Source: Verrucomicrobiota bacterium
GTDB lineage: Bacteria > Verrucomicrobiota > Verrucomicrobiia > Limisphaerales > SXTU01
Direction of reading: 5' to 3'
Assembly (NCBI GenBank): GCA_039796295.1
Contig: JBDKJY010000021.1
Location: 34,868 to 98,867 of the forward strand
DNA: 64,000 nt
Part shown: piece by piece, positions 16,654 to 26,799 of the stretch
Layout of the letters: each line of letters starts with the position of its first letter
Numbering within the stretch: position 1 is the stretch's first letter
Program-made: the position numbers and the translations under genes
Notes under the pieces: model-generated
Seen by the model: only the letters and a program-made list of their open reading frames with translations
What the model was told of the DNA's origin: nothing
Databases searched by the model: none

Positions 16654-18744
16654 TCACGCCGCCTTCGCCTTCGCCAGCCACTCGCCCACCCCACTCCGCA
16701 ACGCCGTCCGCTCCGGCCCACTCAAGCCCAGCGGGTCAAAGCGCAGGCGGTAGTGCAGGGCGAGCAGTTGGCGCAGCGGGGTGACTGGAAGTTTCGCGAG
16801 CGGTTCGATGCGCGCCAGCCAGTCGGCCAAGGTTTCGCCCGCGCGGCGGCCCAAGCCCAATTCCTCCAGTCGCACTTCGATGCGGTAGAACTCCGAGTCC
16901 GTGCCGGGGCGATGCAGCCATTCCTCGATACCCGCCACCTCGGCCTTGCGGCGTCGCCGTTGCCGCGCCAGCACGCGCCACGCGAGCAGCGCCAGCAACA
17001 GCAGCAGCGCCCCGAGCAAGTAGCCTTGCCACGCGTCCGCCCCGCCATAGACACGCCACCGCGAGAACCCGAACCACGCGCGCGACCAGCGGTCGGTGAG
17101 CGGCTCCAAGAAGGACGCGTTTTCGTTCTCCGTCCCGACCCAGTTGCTCGGCGTGGTGTCGAGGTCCACCCAGGACTTGTTCGCCGCGTTCCAATACACG
17201 CACCACGCGTGGGCATGGCGTTCGCGGACGACGTAGGCATTCGAGTTGGTCTCCGGCTCCTGCACGCTCCAACCGTAGATGTAGCGCGCTGAGATACCGG
17301 CTTGGCGCAGTAACAGCACTGTGGCGGTAGCGTAATATTCGCAGTGCCCCACGCGGTTCTTTAGCAGGAAGAAGCTCAACGGCGTCATGCCCTGCGGCAC
17401 TTGCGTGAGCGAGCTGGGCAGGAAGGAACCATACTTGAACTCCTCGGCGAAGAAGCGTTGCACCCGCCGCGCGACCTCGTGGTCCGCCTGCCCGGCCAGC
17501 GCCAGTTCGTCCGCGATGCGCTTCACGGCCGGCTGTTCACTCAAGGGCACGGCTAGGTCAGGCGCCGACTTTCCTTGTTCCGCTGGCCACGGTTCCTCGC
17601 CCAACGTCAGGCCCGGGCCGTGCAGCGCACGGACCTGAAGGAAGTCCGGCACCCCGGTCACGCGCACGACGCCGACGCGATTGGTGAAGACCTCGTTGGC
17701 GAGCAGGTTTTCCAACGTCGCGGTGCCGGGGGGAAGGGCGAGCACCGCCTGCCCGCGCGCGGCGAAGGAGGAGATGAGCACCGCGTTCGTCGCAACCTTC
17801 TTCAGCAGGGGAAAGGTCGTGCTGCCCCCGGAAATTTCCACCTTCGCCTCAGCGATGCGTGGCGGGTTGAACCAGCGCGGGCTTTCAAAGCGACTGAACG
17901 ACGCATCCCGCAGCAACGGCGGCACCGGCCCGGCCTCTCGCTCGACGCGTAGCACGATTTTGCCCGAGAGCTTGAGCTGGCCGATGCGCCCGATGGCCGT
18001 GCTGGACTCGGTCCGGTCGAGCGAGCGACGCGCCCAGTTACTCATCCACGAAAGAATTTTCCCCTCCACCTGAGACTGCAATTCGCTCAGGCCCTTGTGG
18101 CCGAGATACCCGGCCTTCGTCACCCCGATGAGCACGCAGACCCAGATGACGTTCGAGAAGCGTCGCGGTCGCAGCGGCCACAGCCCCCACGCCACCGCAG
18201 CGCACACGGCGAAGTAAAACCACGGCGTGCGCTGGTTCGCCATCGCCGCCGAGAACAGCACGACCGCGAGGTAGGGATAGCCGAGGTGGAACGCGGGCGT
18301 GAGCGGCTGCGGCTGCTTCGCACGGGCGTAGCGGCGGCGTTGGAAGAACGAGAAGCACGAGAGCGGCACCTGTTCCCGCGCGCTGTAGGCCAGCGCCGCC
18401 ACCGCCGGGAAGATGAGCATTGGCAGCCATTGCAGGAACACGAACGTGGTCTGCGAAACGCCCTTCATCGCCTGCTCGCGCCCGGAGAGGCTCGTGGTCT
18501 GGAAGAACTCCATCACCTGGTTCCCCGTCTCGCGGGTGAGGATGCAATAGACCATCGCCACCGCTGCCAGCACCGTGCAGAGGTCGGCGATGCGGTTGAA
18601 GTCCGGCACGTCGAACTCCAGCCGCCACTCAATCCACCGCGCCGCCTCCAGCACCACCGCCAGCAGCAGCGCGATGGGCAACAGGCTCGTCTGCCAGCCC
18701 CAGAGGAGGAGGGCGAAGGCGAGGAGGAAGGGTGGCGGTTTCAT
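16654..18744 (-). CDS. transglutaminase-like membrane protein (TgpA-like)
   Basis: Multi-TM N-terminus, with a transglutaminase core GHCEYYATATVLLLRQAGISARYIYG...RHAHAWCVYW...WVDLDTT (Cys-His-Asp). It is the third gene of the MoxR-DUF58 operon. Confidence 0.85.
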   Translation of the reverse strand: MKPPPFLLAFALLLWGWQTSLLPIALLLAVVLEAARWIEWRLEFDVPDFNRIADLCTVLAAVAMVYCILTRETGNQVMEFFQTTSLSGREQAMKGVSQTTFVFLQWLPMLIFPAVAALAYSAREQVPLSCFSFFQRRRYARAKQPQPLTPAFHLGYPYLAVVLFSAAMANQRTPWFYFAVCAAVAWGLWPLRPRRFSNVIWVCVLIGVTKAGYLGHKGLSELQSQVEGKILSWMSNWARRSLDRTESSTAIGRIGQLKLSGKIVLRVEREAGPVPPLLRDASFSRFESPRWFNPPRIAEAKVEISGGSTTFPLLKKVATNAVLISSFAARGQAVLALPPGTATLENLLANEVFTNRVGVVRVTGVPDFLQVRALHGPGLTLGEEPWPAEQGKSAPDLAVPLSEQPAVKRIADELALAGQADHEVARRVQRFFAEEFKYGSFLPSSLTQVPQGMTPLSFFLLKNRVGHCEYYATATVLLLRQAGISARYIYGWSVQEPETNSNAYVVRERHAHAWCVYWNAANKSWVDLDTTPSNWVGTENENASFLEPLTDRWSRAWFGFSRWRVYGGADAWQGYLLGALLLLLALLAWRVLARQRRRRKAEVAGIEEWLHRPGTDSEFYRIEVRLEELGLGRRAGETLADWLARIEPLAKLPVTPLRQLLALHYRLRFDPLGLSGPERTALRSGVGEWLAKAKAA

Positions 18745-18746
18745 AG

Positions 18747-18835
18747 CCGGGGCAGGGAATGGGGAATAGGGAATAGGGGATAGGGGGACGGACCACGCTC
18801 GGCCCTATTACCTATTCCCCATTCCCTATTCCCGG
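18747..18835. repeat. palindromic element between the DUF58 and transglutaminase genes
   Basis: AGGGAATGGGGAATAGGGAATAGGGG on the left pairs with CCCTATTACCTATTCCCCATTCCCT on the right (about 26/27 complementary by eye). The element fills the 100-nt gap inside the operon. Confidence 0.65.
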
Positions 18836-18844
18836 TGTTCTGGT

Positions 18845-20275
18845 TCATAGCTTCGCCAGTCCCTCCGCCACCTTCCCGACTTCCAGCCGCCGGAAGCGCT
18901 CCGGTTCCGACGCCATCGGTCCCGGCGCGGGCGGCGGTGCGCCGGCTTCGGTGACGACGAAGACCATCAGCGGCACGCCTAGCTCGCGCAAGTGGCGGAC
19001 GAACTCGCGCCGTTGCTCGTCCCATTGCACGAACACGCACAGGCAACCGCTCAACTCGCCCGCGTGCTGGAGCACGAGTTGCAGCAAGGACCGAAACTCG
19101 CGGTCACGGCAGGGCTGCACGGAGGCGAGGATTTCCAGCAGTTGCTCCAAGTGCCCGACGCCCCGGCCCATCGTGAAGCAATACGCCTGCGGCCCGACGA
19201 ACATCAGGTCCAGCAGCGACTCCTGCGCCTGCACCGTGCAGGCCAGCGATGCCGCCACGCTCACCGCTTCCTCGAACACCTCGCTCGCCGCCACTGGCAG
19301 GAACGTGTCGAGGATGAGCGCGTGGCGCGTGAAGAACTCGTCCTGAAACTCCTTCACGATGGGCCGGCCGGTCTTCGCCCAGCTCGGCCAGTGAATGTGC
19401 CGGAGCGCGTCGCCGGGCCGGTAGTCGCGCAACGCGACGAACTCCTCGGACTCGCCCACGCTGGCCGCGAGCGCCACGCCGCCTTGCTGGTATTTCAACA
19501 GGCCGGGCAGCGCCAGCGGCGGGAGCGGGTAACGCTTCGGCAGGATGAGCAACGACTGCGGCAGCGGCACGCGGACGAACGTGCGGAACAACCCGAACGG
19601 GTCCGGGCACGCGACCGCCACGGCATCGAAGCGCAACACGCCGCGCCGGAGCGGAAGCAGTTCGAGCTGCACGTCAGCGGAGCCGTTGGGCGGCAGGACA
19701 GGGCAGGGGACTTCGTTGACCTTGCCCCGGACGTTCTGCCGCAAGAGCCAGCTCCAGCGGTAGAAGCCGTTATTGCGGTCATACCAGTTGCGCCGCTCCT
19801 CACCCGGTTCCGGCGTGGAGATGAATTGCGCCAGCGTCGGGCGCGGGTCGGCGAGGTCTTCGGTGACGGAGAGGCCACGCTGGGGTTTAGCCGTGAGGTT
19901 CTTCAGCGTCACGCGGTAGCTGATGGGCAGCCCGACAGAACCAAACCTCGGCAACCCGCGTTCCGCCTCCACGCGCGTCCGCGAGAACTGCGTCCCCGCC
20001 AGTGCCGCGATGAGCAGGAAGCAGAGGAAGACGAAAGCCTGGTAAGCCAGCGAGAGGTTTGTGTCCGCGCCCATCAACCCCGTGATGATGATACCGAGGA
20101 AGACGAGCCAGCCGCCCTTCGTGAAGCGCCGTCGCCACCACCAGGTGAAGGCAGCGGTGAGCCGATAGCTCGCGTAGAGGCGGCGCTGGAGCCAGGTGGG
20201 CGGAGCAGGTGAGAGAGGCTGAGGGTGTGAGGGTGTGAGCGAGGGGCCGTTTCGGTTGGGAGCTTCGGCGTTCAC
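18845..20275 (-). CDS. DUF58 domain protein
   Basis: N-terminal TM pair, then FVALRDYRPGDALRHIHWPSWAKTGRPIVKEFQDEF (the DUF58 signature). GTG start at 20275; the first 18 or so codons overlap a GTGAG-rich repeat arm, so the exact start is uncertain. Confidence 0.8.
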   Translation of the reverse strand: MNAEAPNRNGPSLTPSHPQPLSPAPPTWLQRRLYASYRLTAAFTWWWRRRFTKGGWLVFLGIIITGLMGADTNLSLAYQAFVFLCFLLIAALAGTQFSRTRVEAERGLPRFGSVGLPISYRVTLKNLTAKPQRGLSVTEDLADPRPTLAQFISTPEPGEERRNWYDRNNGFYRWSWLLRQNVRGKVNEVPCPVLPPNGSADVQLELLPLRRGVLRFDAVAVACPDPFGLFRTFVRVPLPQSLLILPKRYPLPPLALPGLLKYQQGGVALAASVGESEEFVALRDYRPGDALRHIHWPSWAKTGRPIVKEFQDEFFTRHALILDTFLPVAASEVFEEAVSVAASLACTVQAQESLLDLMFVGPQAYCFTMGRGVGHLEQLLEILASVQPCRDREFRSLLQLVLQHAGELSGCLCVFVQWDEQRREFVRHLRELGVPLMVFVVTEAGAPPPAPGPMASEPERFRRLEVGKVAEGLAKL

Positions 20276-20312
20276 GTTTTCACTCTCTCACTCTCATGCC
20301 CTCGCACTCTCA
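20221..20312. repeat. imperfect inverted repeat (GTGTGAGGGTGTG arm / CTCAC-rich arm) spanning the moxR-DUF58 junction
   Basis: GTGTGAGGGTGTG at 20225-20237 is identical to the 13-mer at 46781-46793. The opposing CACTCTCTCACTCTC...CTCTCACACC arm is at 20281-20316. Confidence 0.4.
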
Positions 20313-21257
20313 CACCGGGACTCTCAGCTTCTTCATCAACTCCTCCACGACCCCGCGTGCCGTCACGCCGCTGAAGCGCGCTTGAGGGTCCATCACCATG
20401 CGGTGCGCGACGACGGACATGGCCATCTGCCGGATGTGCTCCGGAGTTACAAACTCGCTGCCGTCGAAGAGCGCCGAGGCTTGCGCCACCTTCATCAGCG
20501 AGAGTGACGCGCGCGGGCTGGCTCCGAGCGAGACGCCGCTGGCCGTGCGCGTGGCGGAGACGAGGTCCACGATATAGCGCTTCAGCTCCGCGCTGATGCG
20601 CACCTCGGTCACGGCGCGCTTGAGCGCGAGCACGTCGTCCTTGGTGACGACCGCGCCGGCCTTGTCCAACGGGTGCGACCGTTCTTGCGCGGACAAGATG
20701 GCGACCTCCTCCGCCGCGCTCACGTAGCCGAGGCTGAATTGCAGCGCGAAGCGGTCCATCTGCGCCTCGGGCAACGGATACGTGCCCCGAAACTCCACTG
20801 GGTTCTGCGTCGCGATGACGAAGAAGAGGCTCTCCAAATCCCGCCGGTCGCCCTCCACGCTGACTTGGCCCTCGCCCATCGCCTCGAGCAGCGCCGACTG
20901 CGTGCGCGGCGAAGCGCGGTTGATTTCGTCAGCCAGCAGGATGTTCGTGAAGATGGGGCCGGAGCGGAACTCGAAGCTCTGGTCGCGCTGGTTGAAGATG
21001 GAGACGCCGAGGATGTCGCTGGGCAACAGGTCGGGCGTGAACTGCACGCGCTTGAAGCTGGCGCTGATGCTGCGGGCAAGCGTCTTGGCCAGCGTGGTCT
21101 TGCCGGTGCCGGGATAATCCTCGAGCAGCACATGGCCGCCGCTGGCGAAGGCCGTGAGCAGCTTGCGCACGGCTGGCCCTTGCCCGTGCATGACGGTCTC
21201 GATGTTGGCGGCGATGGTGCGGAAGGTCTTCTGCGCGGCGGCGAGTGAGTCAGTCAT
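20310..21257 (-). CDS. MoxR-family AAA+ ATPase
   Basis: Walker A LLEDYPGTGKTTLAK, Walker B ILLADEINRASPRTQSALLEAM, and VIATQNPVEFRGTYPLPEAQMDRF. ATG at 21257 is preferred over the TTG at 21278. Confidence 0.9.
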   Translation of the reverse strand: MTDSLAAAQKTFRTIAANIETVMHGQGPAVRKLLTAFASGGHVLLEDYPGTGKTTLAKTLARSISASFKRVQFTPDLLPSDILGVSIFNQRDQSFEFRSGPIFTNILLADEINRASPRTQSALLEAMGEGQVSVEGDRRDLESLFFVIATQNPVEFRGTYPLPEAQMDRFALQFSLGYVSAAEEVAILSAQERSHPLDKAGAVVTKDDVLALKRAVTEVRISAELKRYIVDLVSATRTASGVSLGASPRASLSLMKVAQASALFDGSEFVTPEHIRQMAMSVVAHRMVMDPQARFSGVTARGVVEELMKKLRVPV

Positions 21258-21383
21258 GCGGTTCGGGTTGCTGCCCAAGGGAAGCGGAAGCGGCGGCGGA
21301 AGCCAAGCCTGCGGTTCGCTGGAGAAGGAATGCGGGAGTTAATTCCTTCCCGCCCACCGCCCCTTCGCCTACAACCGCCGGCC

Positions 21384-22190
21384 ATGACTTTGCGAGAACA
21401 GCTCCGCGCCTTGACCACTGCCACCACCGCCGCCCGCGCTGCCGGGAAGCTGATGCGGCAGAACCTTTCGCGTCCCAAGCGCGTCAACGAATCCTCGCAG
21501 CACGACATCAAGCTCGAGCTGGATGTGCGTTGCCAGAAGCTCATCGAACGCACGCTACGCCGCGCGTTCCCGACCATCGCGATCCTCGGCGAGGAAGGCA
21601 TCCTCGGCGACCCGGCGTCTGCCGCGCGCTGGGTGGTGGACCCGATTGATGGCACGGTGAACTTCACCTACGGCATCCCGCACGCGTGCGTCTCCATCGC
21701 CCTGCAAGTGCGCGATGACCAGTCGCCGCACGCCGGCTGCCCTTTGCGCGGCTACACCACGCTCGTGGGCGTGGTGTATGACCCGTTCCTCGATGAGATG
21801 TGGACCGCCGTGCGCGGGCAGAAGGCGAAGCTCAACGGGAAGCCAATCCAAGTGAGCACCCGCAGCAAGCTCGACGAAGCCATCATCGCGATGGGCTTCG
21901 CGAAATACACCAAGACGCTGGCGCTCATGCTGCCGGTGTTCAACCGCCTCGTGCACCGCGTCCGCAAGGTCCGCCTGCTCGGAGCCGCCGCGCTCTCCAT
22001 GACCTGGACGGCGAGCGGCCGGCTGGACGCCTACATCGAGAACGGCGTGCGCCTCTGGGACGTAGCGGCAGGCGGCCTCATCGTGGAGTGCGCGGGCGGC
22101 GAGTTTTGGTGGCAGCCGGTCGAGGGTGATTACGCCGTGGAAATTTGCGTGAGCAACGGGAAGCTGCGGAAGAAGCTGATGGCTCAGTAA
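21384..22190 (+). CDS. inositol monophosphatase family protein
   Basis: ILGEEG and WVVDPIDGTVNFTYGIPHACVSIAL are IMPase motifs. ATG at 21384 (MTLREQLRAL). Confidence 0.85.
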   Translation: MTLREQLRALTTATTAARAAGKLMRQNLSRPKRVNESSQHDIKLELDVRCQKLIERTLRRAFPTIAILGEEGILGDPASAARWVVDPIDGTVNFTYGIPHACVSIALQVRDDQSPHAGCPLRGYTTLVGVVYDPFLDEMWTAVRGQKAKLNGKPIQVSTRSKLDEAIIAMGFAKYTKTLALMLPVFNRLVHRVRKVRLLGAAALSMTWTASGRLDAYIENGVRLWDVAAGGLIVECAGGEFWWQPVEGDYAVEICVSNGKLRKKLMAQ

Positions 22191-22220
22191 CGGCCGGGAC
22201 CGTTTCACTCAGGAGCAATT

Positions 22221-22299
22221 TCTTGTCTTCATCTTGTGCCCTCATGTTCCTGACTCACCGGAGCGGTCAGCAACATGGGGGCAGAAAGATGAAGGTAAG
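22221..22299. repeat. palindromic intergenic element (CTTCATCTT..CATGTT arms)
   Basis: TCTTGTCTTCATCTTGTGCCCTCATGTTCCTGAC (22221-22254) versus GTCAGCAACATGGGGGCAGAAAGATGAAGGTAAG (22266-22299); an imperfect inverted repeat. Confidence 0.55.
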
Positions 22300-22357
22300 C
22301 TGGGTTGCGAGCGCCGGACTTGCGCCACGGCTGCGGAACGGCTGAACTCTCGGGCAC

Positions 22358-25159
22358 ATGAAACTGCCCCGTCTCGCCTTGTCCGTCGCTGCGCTCGCTG
22401 GCGTTTGCTTCGTCACCCAGGCCGCCGACCCTGCGCCGGCGCCCACGCACGTCCCGACGAACTTGTTCAAGCTCTCCGACCCGGACTTGGAAATCACCGT
22501 CTGGGCCACCTCGCCCATGTTGAAGAATCCGACCAACATGGACACCGACCAGCACGGGCGCATCTGGGTGGCCGAGGGCGTGAACTATCGCAGCCACTCG
22601 AAGCGCCAGCCCGAGGGCGACCGCATCGTGGTGCTGGAGGACACGGACGGCGATGGGAAGGCGGACAAGTCGTGGACCTTTGTGCAAGAGCCGTTCCTGC
22701 TCGCGCCGATGGGCATCTGCGTCATTGATAACAAGGTCATCGTCTCAATGACGCCGGACCTCATTGTTTACACGGATGTGAACCGTAACGCGAAGTTCGA
22801 CCCCGGCGTGGACAAACGGGAAGTCATTCTCAGTGGCTTCAACGGGCGCATCCACGACCACTCGCTGCACAGCGTCACGGTCGGGCCGGATGGGCAGTGG
22901 TATTGGAACGCGGGCAACAGCGGCGCGCAGTTCACCGACAAATCCGGCAAGACCTTCCGCATCGGCAGTGCCTACGACCCTTACTACGGGCGCACGAATC
23001 CCGGCGACCTCGGCTGGAACCCGCGCGAAATCGCCGGCTCGAAGAGCGACGACGGCTTTGTGTGGATTGGCGGCTTCGCGGCGCGCATGAACCCCGATGG
23101 CTCCGGCGTGCGCATCCTCGGCCACAACTTCCGCAACAGTTACGAGCAGACGGTGAACGCGTTCGGCGACGTGTTCCAAAACGACAACGACGACCCGCCC
23201 GCGTGCCGTGTCGCGTTCTTGCCCGAGGGCGGCAACGCGGGTTTCTGCTCCGCTGATGGCAAGCGCACTTGGCAGGCGGACCGTCGGCCCGGCCAGACGG
23301 TGCCGACGGCGCAGTGGCGGCAGGAAGACCCGGGCACGATGCCGAGCGGCGATGTGTATGGCGGCGGTTCACCCACGGGCATTGCGTTCGTGGAGGACAG
23401 CGCGTTGGGCGCGAAACACCGGGGCTTGCTGCTGAGTTGCGAGCCGGGGCGCAACACGGTTTTCGGTTACTACCCGAAGCCGGATGGCGCGGGCTTCAAG
23501 CTGGAGCGCTTTGATTTCCTCACGAGCAATGCCGAGGGCAAGTTCGCCGGCAGCGACTTCCTCGGCGGCACCGCGAGTGTCACGAGCGAGCTGCACACGC
23601 ACTTCCGCCCGAGCGACGTGATGGTCGGCGCGGACGGCGCGATTTATGTGTCGGACTGGTTTGACCCGCGCGTCGGCGGGCACGCGGACATGGATGCGTC
23701 CATGAGCGGCACCATCTACCGCATCGCGCCGAAGGGCTTTAAGTCATCCGTGCCGAAGGTGGACTTGAGCACGCCGGAGGGCGCGGTGGCGGCTTTGAAA
23801 AGCCCGGCAGTGAACGTGCGCGGCGCGGCCTTTGCGGCGGTGAAGGAGTTCGGCGTCAAGGCCCAGCCGGCGCTGGAGAAGCTGTTGAAGGACGAGCAAC
23901 CGCACGTTCGCGCCCGCGCCATTTGGCTGCTCAGTCACTTGCCCCGCGCGAAGGCCCGGCTCCTCCAGCTCATGGAGGACAAGGACGACAACATCCGCCT
24001 CGTGACCTTGCGCGCCATCCGTCAGCTCGAAGACCGCGCGGGCAGTGGCTTGCCGCATCCCTTCGAGGGCGACATGCGCGGTGCGGGCACGAACGACGGT
24101 CCGTGGTATGCGTGGCAGTCGGTGAAAGTTTGGACCGACCCCTCCGCCGCAGTGCGCCGCGAGGCCGCGCTGGGCTTGCGGGATGTGGTGTGGCAGACGA
24201 TGGGCGCGGGGCGGAACTTCTACACGCAGGACGCGCAGCAGGCGTTCATCGCGCTGGCGCAGCGCTTCGATGGCAAGGACCGCGCTTATCTCGACGCGCT
24301 GGGCCTTTCCGTGCGCGGGCGCGAAGCAAAGGGTTACGACCTGCTCAAGCCTTCGTTGGGCAACGCCGACCCGCTGAAGTGGTCGCCGCGCTGGGCTTGG
24401 ATTGCGTGGCGCTTGCACCCGCCGCAGAGCATCGCGGACTTCAAGGTGCGCGCGCTCGCGCCGAGTTTGCCGGACGCGGAACGCAAGCGGGCGTTGACCG
24501 CCATCGCCTTCAACAACACGCGCGAAGCCGCCGAGGCGATGCTCGAAATCGCCGCTGCGACGGACAAGCTCGTGAAGGTCGAAGCCATCTGGTGGCTGCT
24601 GAACCGCAAGGACAACGACTGGGCTGGCCATGGGCTGGCCAACGCGCTCAAGACGCGCGGCATCTATGACCCGGACAAGATTCAACTCACCGCCGTGGTC
24701 ATCCCTGAGCCGGCGAAGGAATCCAAACTCCCACCGCTCGCGGACATCGCGAAACTCAAGGGCGACGTGAAGCGCGGCGGGCAGTTTGCCACGGCGTGTT
24801 ACACCTGCCATCGCGTGGGCAAGGAAGGCGTGGAGTTCGCGCCGGACCTCACCGGCTGGGCCAGCCGCCAGCCGCTCGAAGTGGTGTTGCGCTCCATCAT
24901 CGAGCCGAGCGCGGACATCGCGCACGGCTTCGGCGGCACCGAGTTGACCTTGAAGGACGGCGCCGTCATCCACGGCCTCCTGCTCGCGGACGCCGACCCG
25001 GTCATCATCATGTCCACCGGCGCGGTGACGCAGACCGTCCCGAAGAACCGCATCAAGGAGAAGAAGCCGCTGGGTCGCTCGCTGATGTTGAGCGCGGAGC
25101 AGATGGGCCTGGACGCGCAAGCCCTGGCGGACATCGCGGCGTTCCTGCGGACGAAGTAG
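22358..25159 (+). CDS. PVC-type membrane-bound dehydrogenase-domain / HEAT-repeat / C-terminal heme-binding (CxxCH) protein
   Basis: Signal peptide, then an N-terminal beta-propeller-like region (DQHGRIWVAEGVNYR...LEDTDGDGKADK). The middle holds HEAT-like repeats. The C-terminus has GGQFATACYTCHRVGKEGVEFAPDL (a cytochrome c motif of the Pirellula/Verrucomicrobium type). Confidence 0.8.
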   Translation: MKLPRLALSVAALAGVCFVTQAADPAPAPTHVPTNLFKLSDPDLEITVWATSPMLKNPTNMDTDQHGRIWVAEGVNYRSHSKRQPEGDRIVVLEDTDGDGKADKSWTFVQEPFLLAPMGICVIDNKVIVSMTPDLIVYTDVNRNAKFDPGVDKREVILSGFNGRIHDHSLHSVTVGPDGQWYWNAGNSGAQFTDKSGKTFRIGSAYDPYYGRTNPGDLGWNPREIAGSKSDDGFVWIGGFAARMNPDGSGVRILGHNFRNSYEQTVNAFGDVFQNDNDDPPACRVAFLPEGGNAGFCSADGKRTWQADRRPGQTVPTAQWRQEDPGTMPSGDVYGGGSPTGIAFVEDSALGAKHRGLLLSCEPGRNTVFGYYPKPDGAGFKLERFDFLTSNAEGKFAGSDFLGGTASVTSELHTHFRPSDVMVGADGAIYVSDWFDPRVGGHADMDASMSGTIYRIAPKGFKSSVPKVDLSTPEGAVAALKSPAVNVRGAAFAAVKEFGVKAQPALEKLLKDEQPHVRARAIWLLSHLPRAKARLLQLMEDKDDNIRLVTLRAIRQLEDRAGSGLPHPFEGDMRGAGTNDGPWYAWQSVKVWTDPSAAVRREAALGLRDVVWQTMGAGRNFYTQDAQQAFIALAQRFDGKDRAYLDALGLSVRGREAKGYDLLKPSLGNADPLKWSPRWAWIAWRLHPPQSIADFKVRALAPSLPDAERKRALTAIAFNNTREAAEAMLEIAAATDKLVKVEAIWWLLNRKDNDWAGHGLANALKTRGIYDPDKIQLTAVVIPEPAKESKLPPLADIAKLKGDVKRGGQFATACYTCHRVGKEGVEFAPDLTGWASRQPLEVVLRSIIEPSADIAHGFGGTELTLKDGAVIHGLLLADADPVIIMSTGAVTQTVPKNRIKEKKPLGRSLMLSAEQMGLDAQALADIAAFLRTK

Positions 25160-25233
25160 TTGCGCAGGTCGCAGCGGCCAACTTCGCGAGCGCCAGCCTT
25201 GCCCTCCGTCCCGCCGCCCCGTAGAAAGCGCGC

Positions 25234-26799
25234 GTGTCAAAACCTGTTGTCCCCGCTCCTGCTGCGCTTTCCACGGGCTTGCGCCGCTTCCTTTACGGCA
25301 CGGCCGCCACCACGGGCGCGGCCATCCTCGTAGTCGAGATTCTCGGCGCGAAGATGCTTTCCCCCTACGTCGGCACGTCGCACTTCGTCTGGACGGCGCA
25401 AATCACCGTCACCCTCCTCTCGCTCGCGGCGGGCTACTGGTTCGGCGGCTGGCTCGTGGACCGCTCGCCCAACCTCCGTCGGCTCTACACCTGCATCCTG
25501 CTGGCCGGCGTGTATCTCGCCTTCACCGTGCCCTTCACGGCGAAGGTCGCGTTCGCCTGCCTGAAATTCCCGCTCGCCGTCGGCTCGTTGCTCGCGGCGC
25601 TGTTTCTCTTCTTCGTGCCGCTCACGCTGCTGGCGACGGTCGGGCCGTTCGTCATCCGCGTGCTGACCTCGGTGGTCGCGGGCGTTGGCGGCACGGTGGG
25701 CCGCCTCTCCGCGATCAGCACGTTGGGTAGCGTGCTGGGCACGGTGCTCATCGGCTACGTGCTGATTCCTTTCCTGCCGAACTCGGTGACGATGTTCATC
25801 ACGGCGGGCGTGCTCATGGCGTTGCCGGCGGTTTACTTCGTCGTCTGGCGCGCGGAAGGCGACTCCTTCAATGGGCCGGTCGTCGCGATTGCCCTCGGCT
25901 TGTTCGCTGGCTGGGCGGGCGTTCGTGCGGATGCCAAGTCACCGTCGGACTCGATGGAAGAAGTCGCCCGGCGCAACTCCAATTTCGGCCAGATGCAAGT
26001 CTTCGAGACCTTCGGCGGCGGGCGCCGTTACTACCTCAACGACTACCTCACGCAAAACACCTACGACCCCGAGGCCAAGCAAAGCGTGTCCCTCTTTACC
26101 TACGGCCTGCACGGACTGGCGAACGTTTACACGCCCGCCATCAAGGACGTGCTCTGCATCGGTATGGGTGTGGGCATCGTGCCCATGCAGTTCGCCCGTG
26201 AAGGCGCGACGGTGGACGTGGTGGAAATCAACGACGTCATCACGGACATGGCCAAGGCGCACTTCGACCTCGAACCGGAGAAGCTGAACATCACCATCGG
26301 CGACGGCCGCCAGTTCGTGAACGCTGCCACGAAGCAATATGACGCGGTTATTCTCGACGCGTTCCTCGGCGACTCCTCGCCCTCGCACTTGATGACCCAG
26401 GAAGCCTTCGCCGCCATGCACCGAGTGCTGCGGCCCAACGGCGTGCTGGTCATCAACAGCTTCGGCGACTTCGAGCCGGGGCAGGACTTTTTCGCCGCGT
26501 CGCTGGACAAGACTTTGAAAGCCGTCTTCGGCACCGTGCGCATCCACGCCAACGGCAACGGCAACGTCTTCTTCGTCGCCACGCCCGCGAAGGAGTTGGT
26601 GCAGCACCGCACGATGGACTTCGACAAGATGCATGCGACGGTGCGCCAGCAGGCCCGCGACGCGTTGGCGGGCATCAAGGAGGCGAACCCCAAGAGCGGC
26701 ATCGTGCTGACGGATGATTTCAACCCGGTGGAGTTCCACGACGCGAAGAACCGCGAGCAGTTCCGCCGGCAGCTCGCTTTCTCGATGAAACCGAAGTGA
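25234..26799 (+). CDS. fused membrane domain / spermidine synthase-like methyltransferase
   Basis: About 7 TM helices at the N-terminus. The C-terminus has VLCIGMGVGIVPMQFAREGATVDVVEIND...YDAVILDAF (PABS-like SAM-binding fold). GTG start. Confidence 0.75.
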   Translation: MSKPVVPAPAALSTGLRRFLYGTAATTGAAILVVEILGAKMLSPYVGTSHFVWTAQITVTLLSLAAGYWFGGWLVDRSPNLRRLYTCILLAGVYLAFTVPFTAKVAFACLKFPLAVGSLLAALFLFFVPLTLLATVGPFVIRVLTSVVAGVGGTVGRLSAISTLGSVLGTVLIGYVLIPFLPNSVTMFITAGVLMALPAVYFVVWRAEGDSFNGPVVAIALGLFAGWAGVRADAKSPSDSMEEVARRNSNFGQMQVFETFGGGRRYYLNDYLTQNTYDPEAKQSVSLFTYGLHGLANVYTPAIKDVLCIGMGVGIVPMQFAREGATVDVVEINDVITDMAKAHFDLEPEKLNITIGDGRQFVNAATKQYDAVILDAFLGDSSPSHLMTQEAFAAMHRVLRPNGVLVINSFGDFEPGQDFFAASLDKTLKAVFGTVRIHANGNGNVFFVATPAKELVQHRTMDFDKMHATVRQQARDALAGIKEANPKSGIVLTDDFNPVEFHDAKNREQFRRQLAFSMKPK

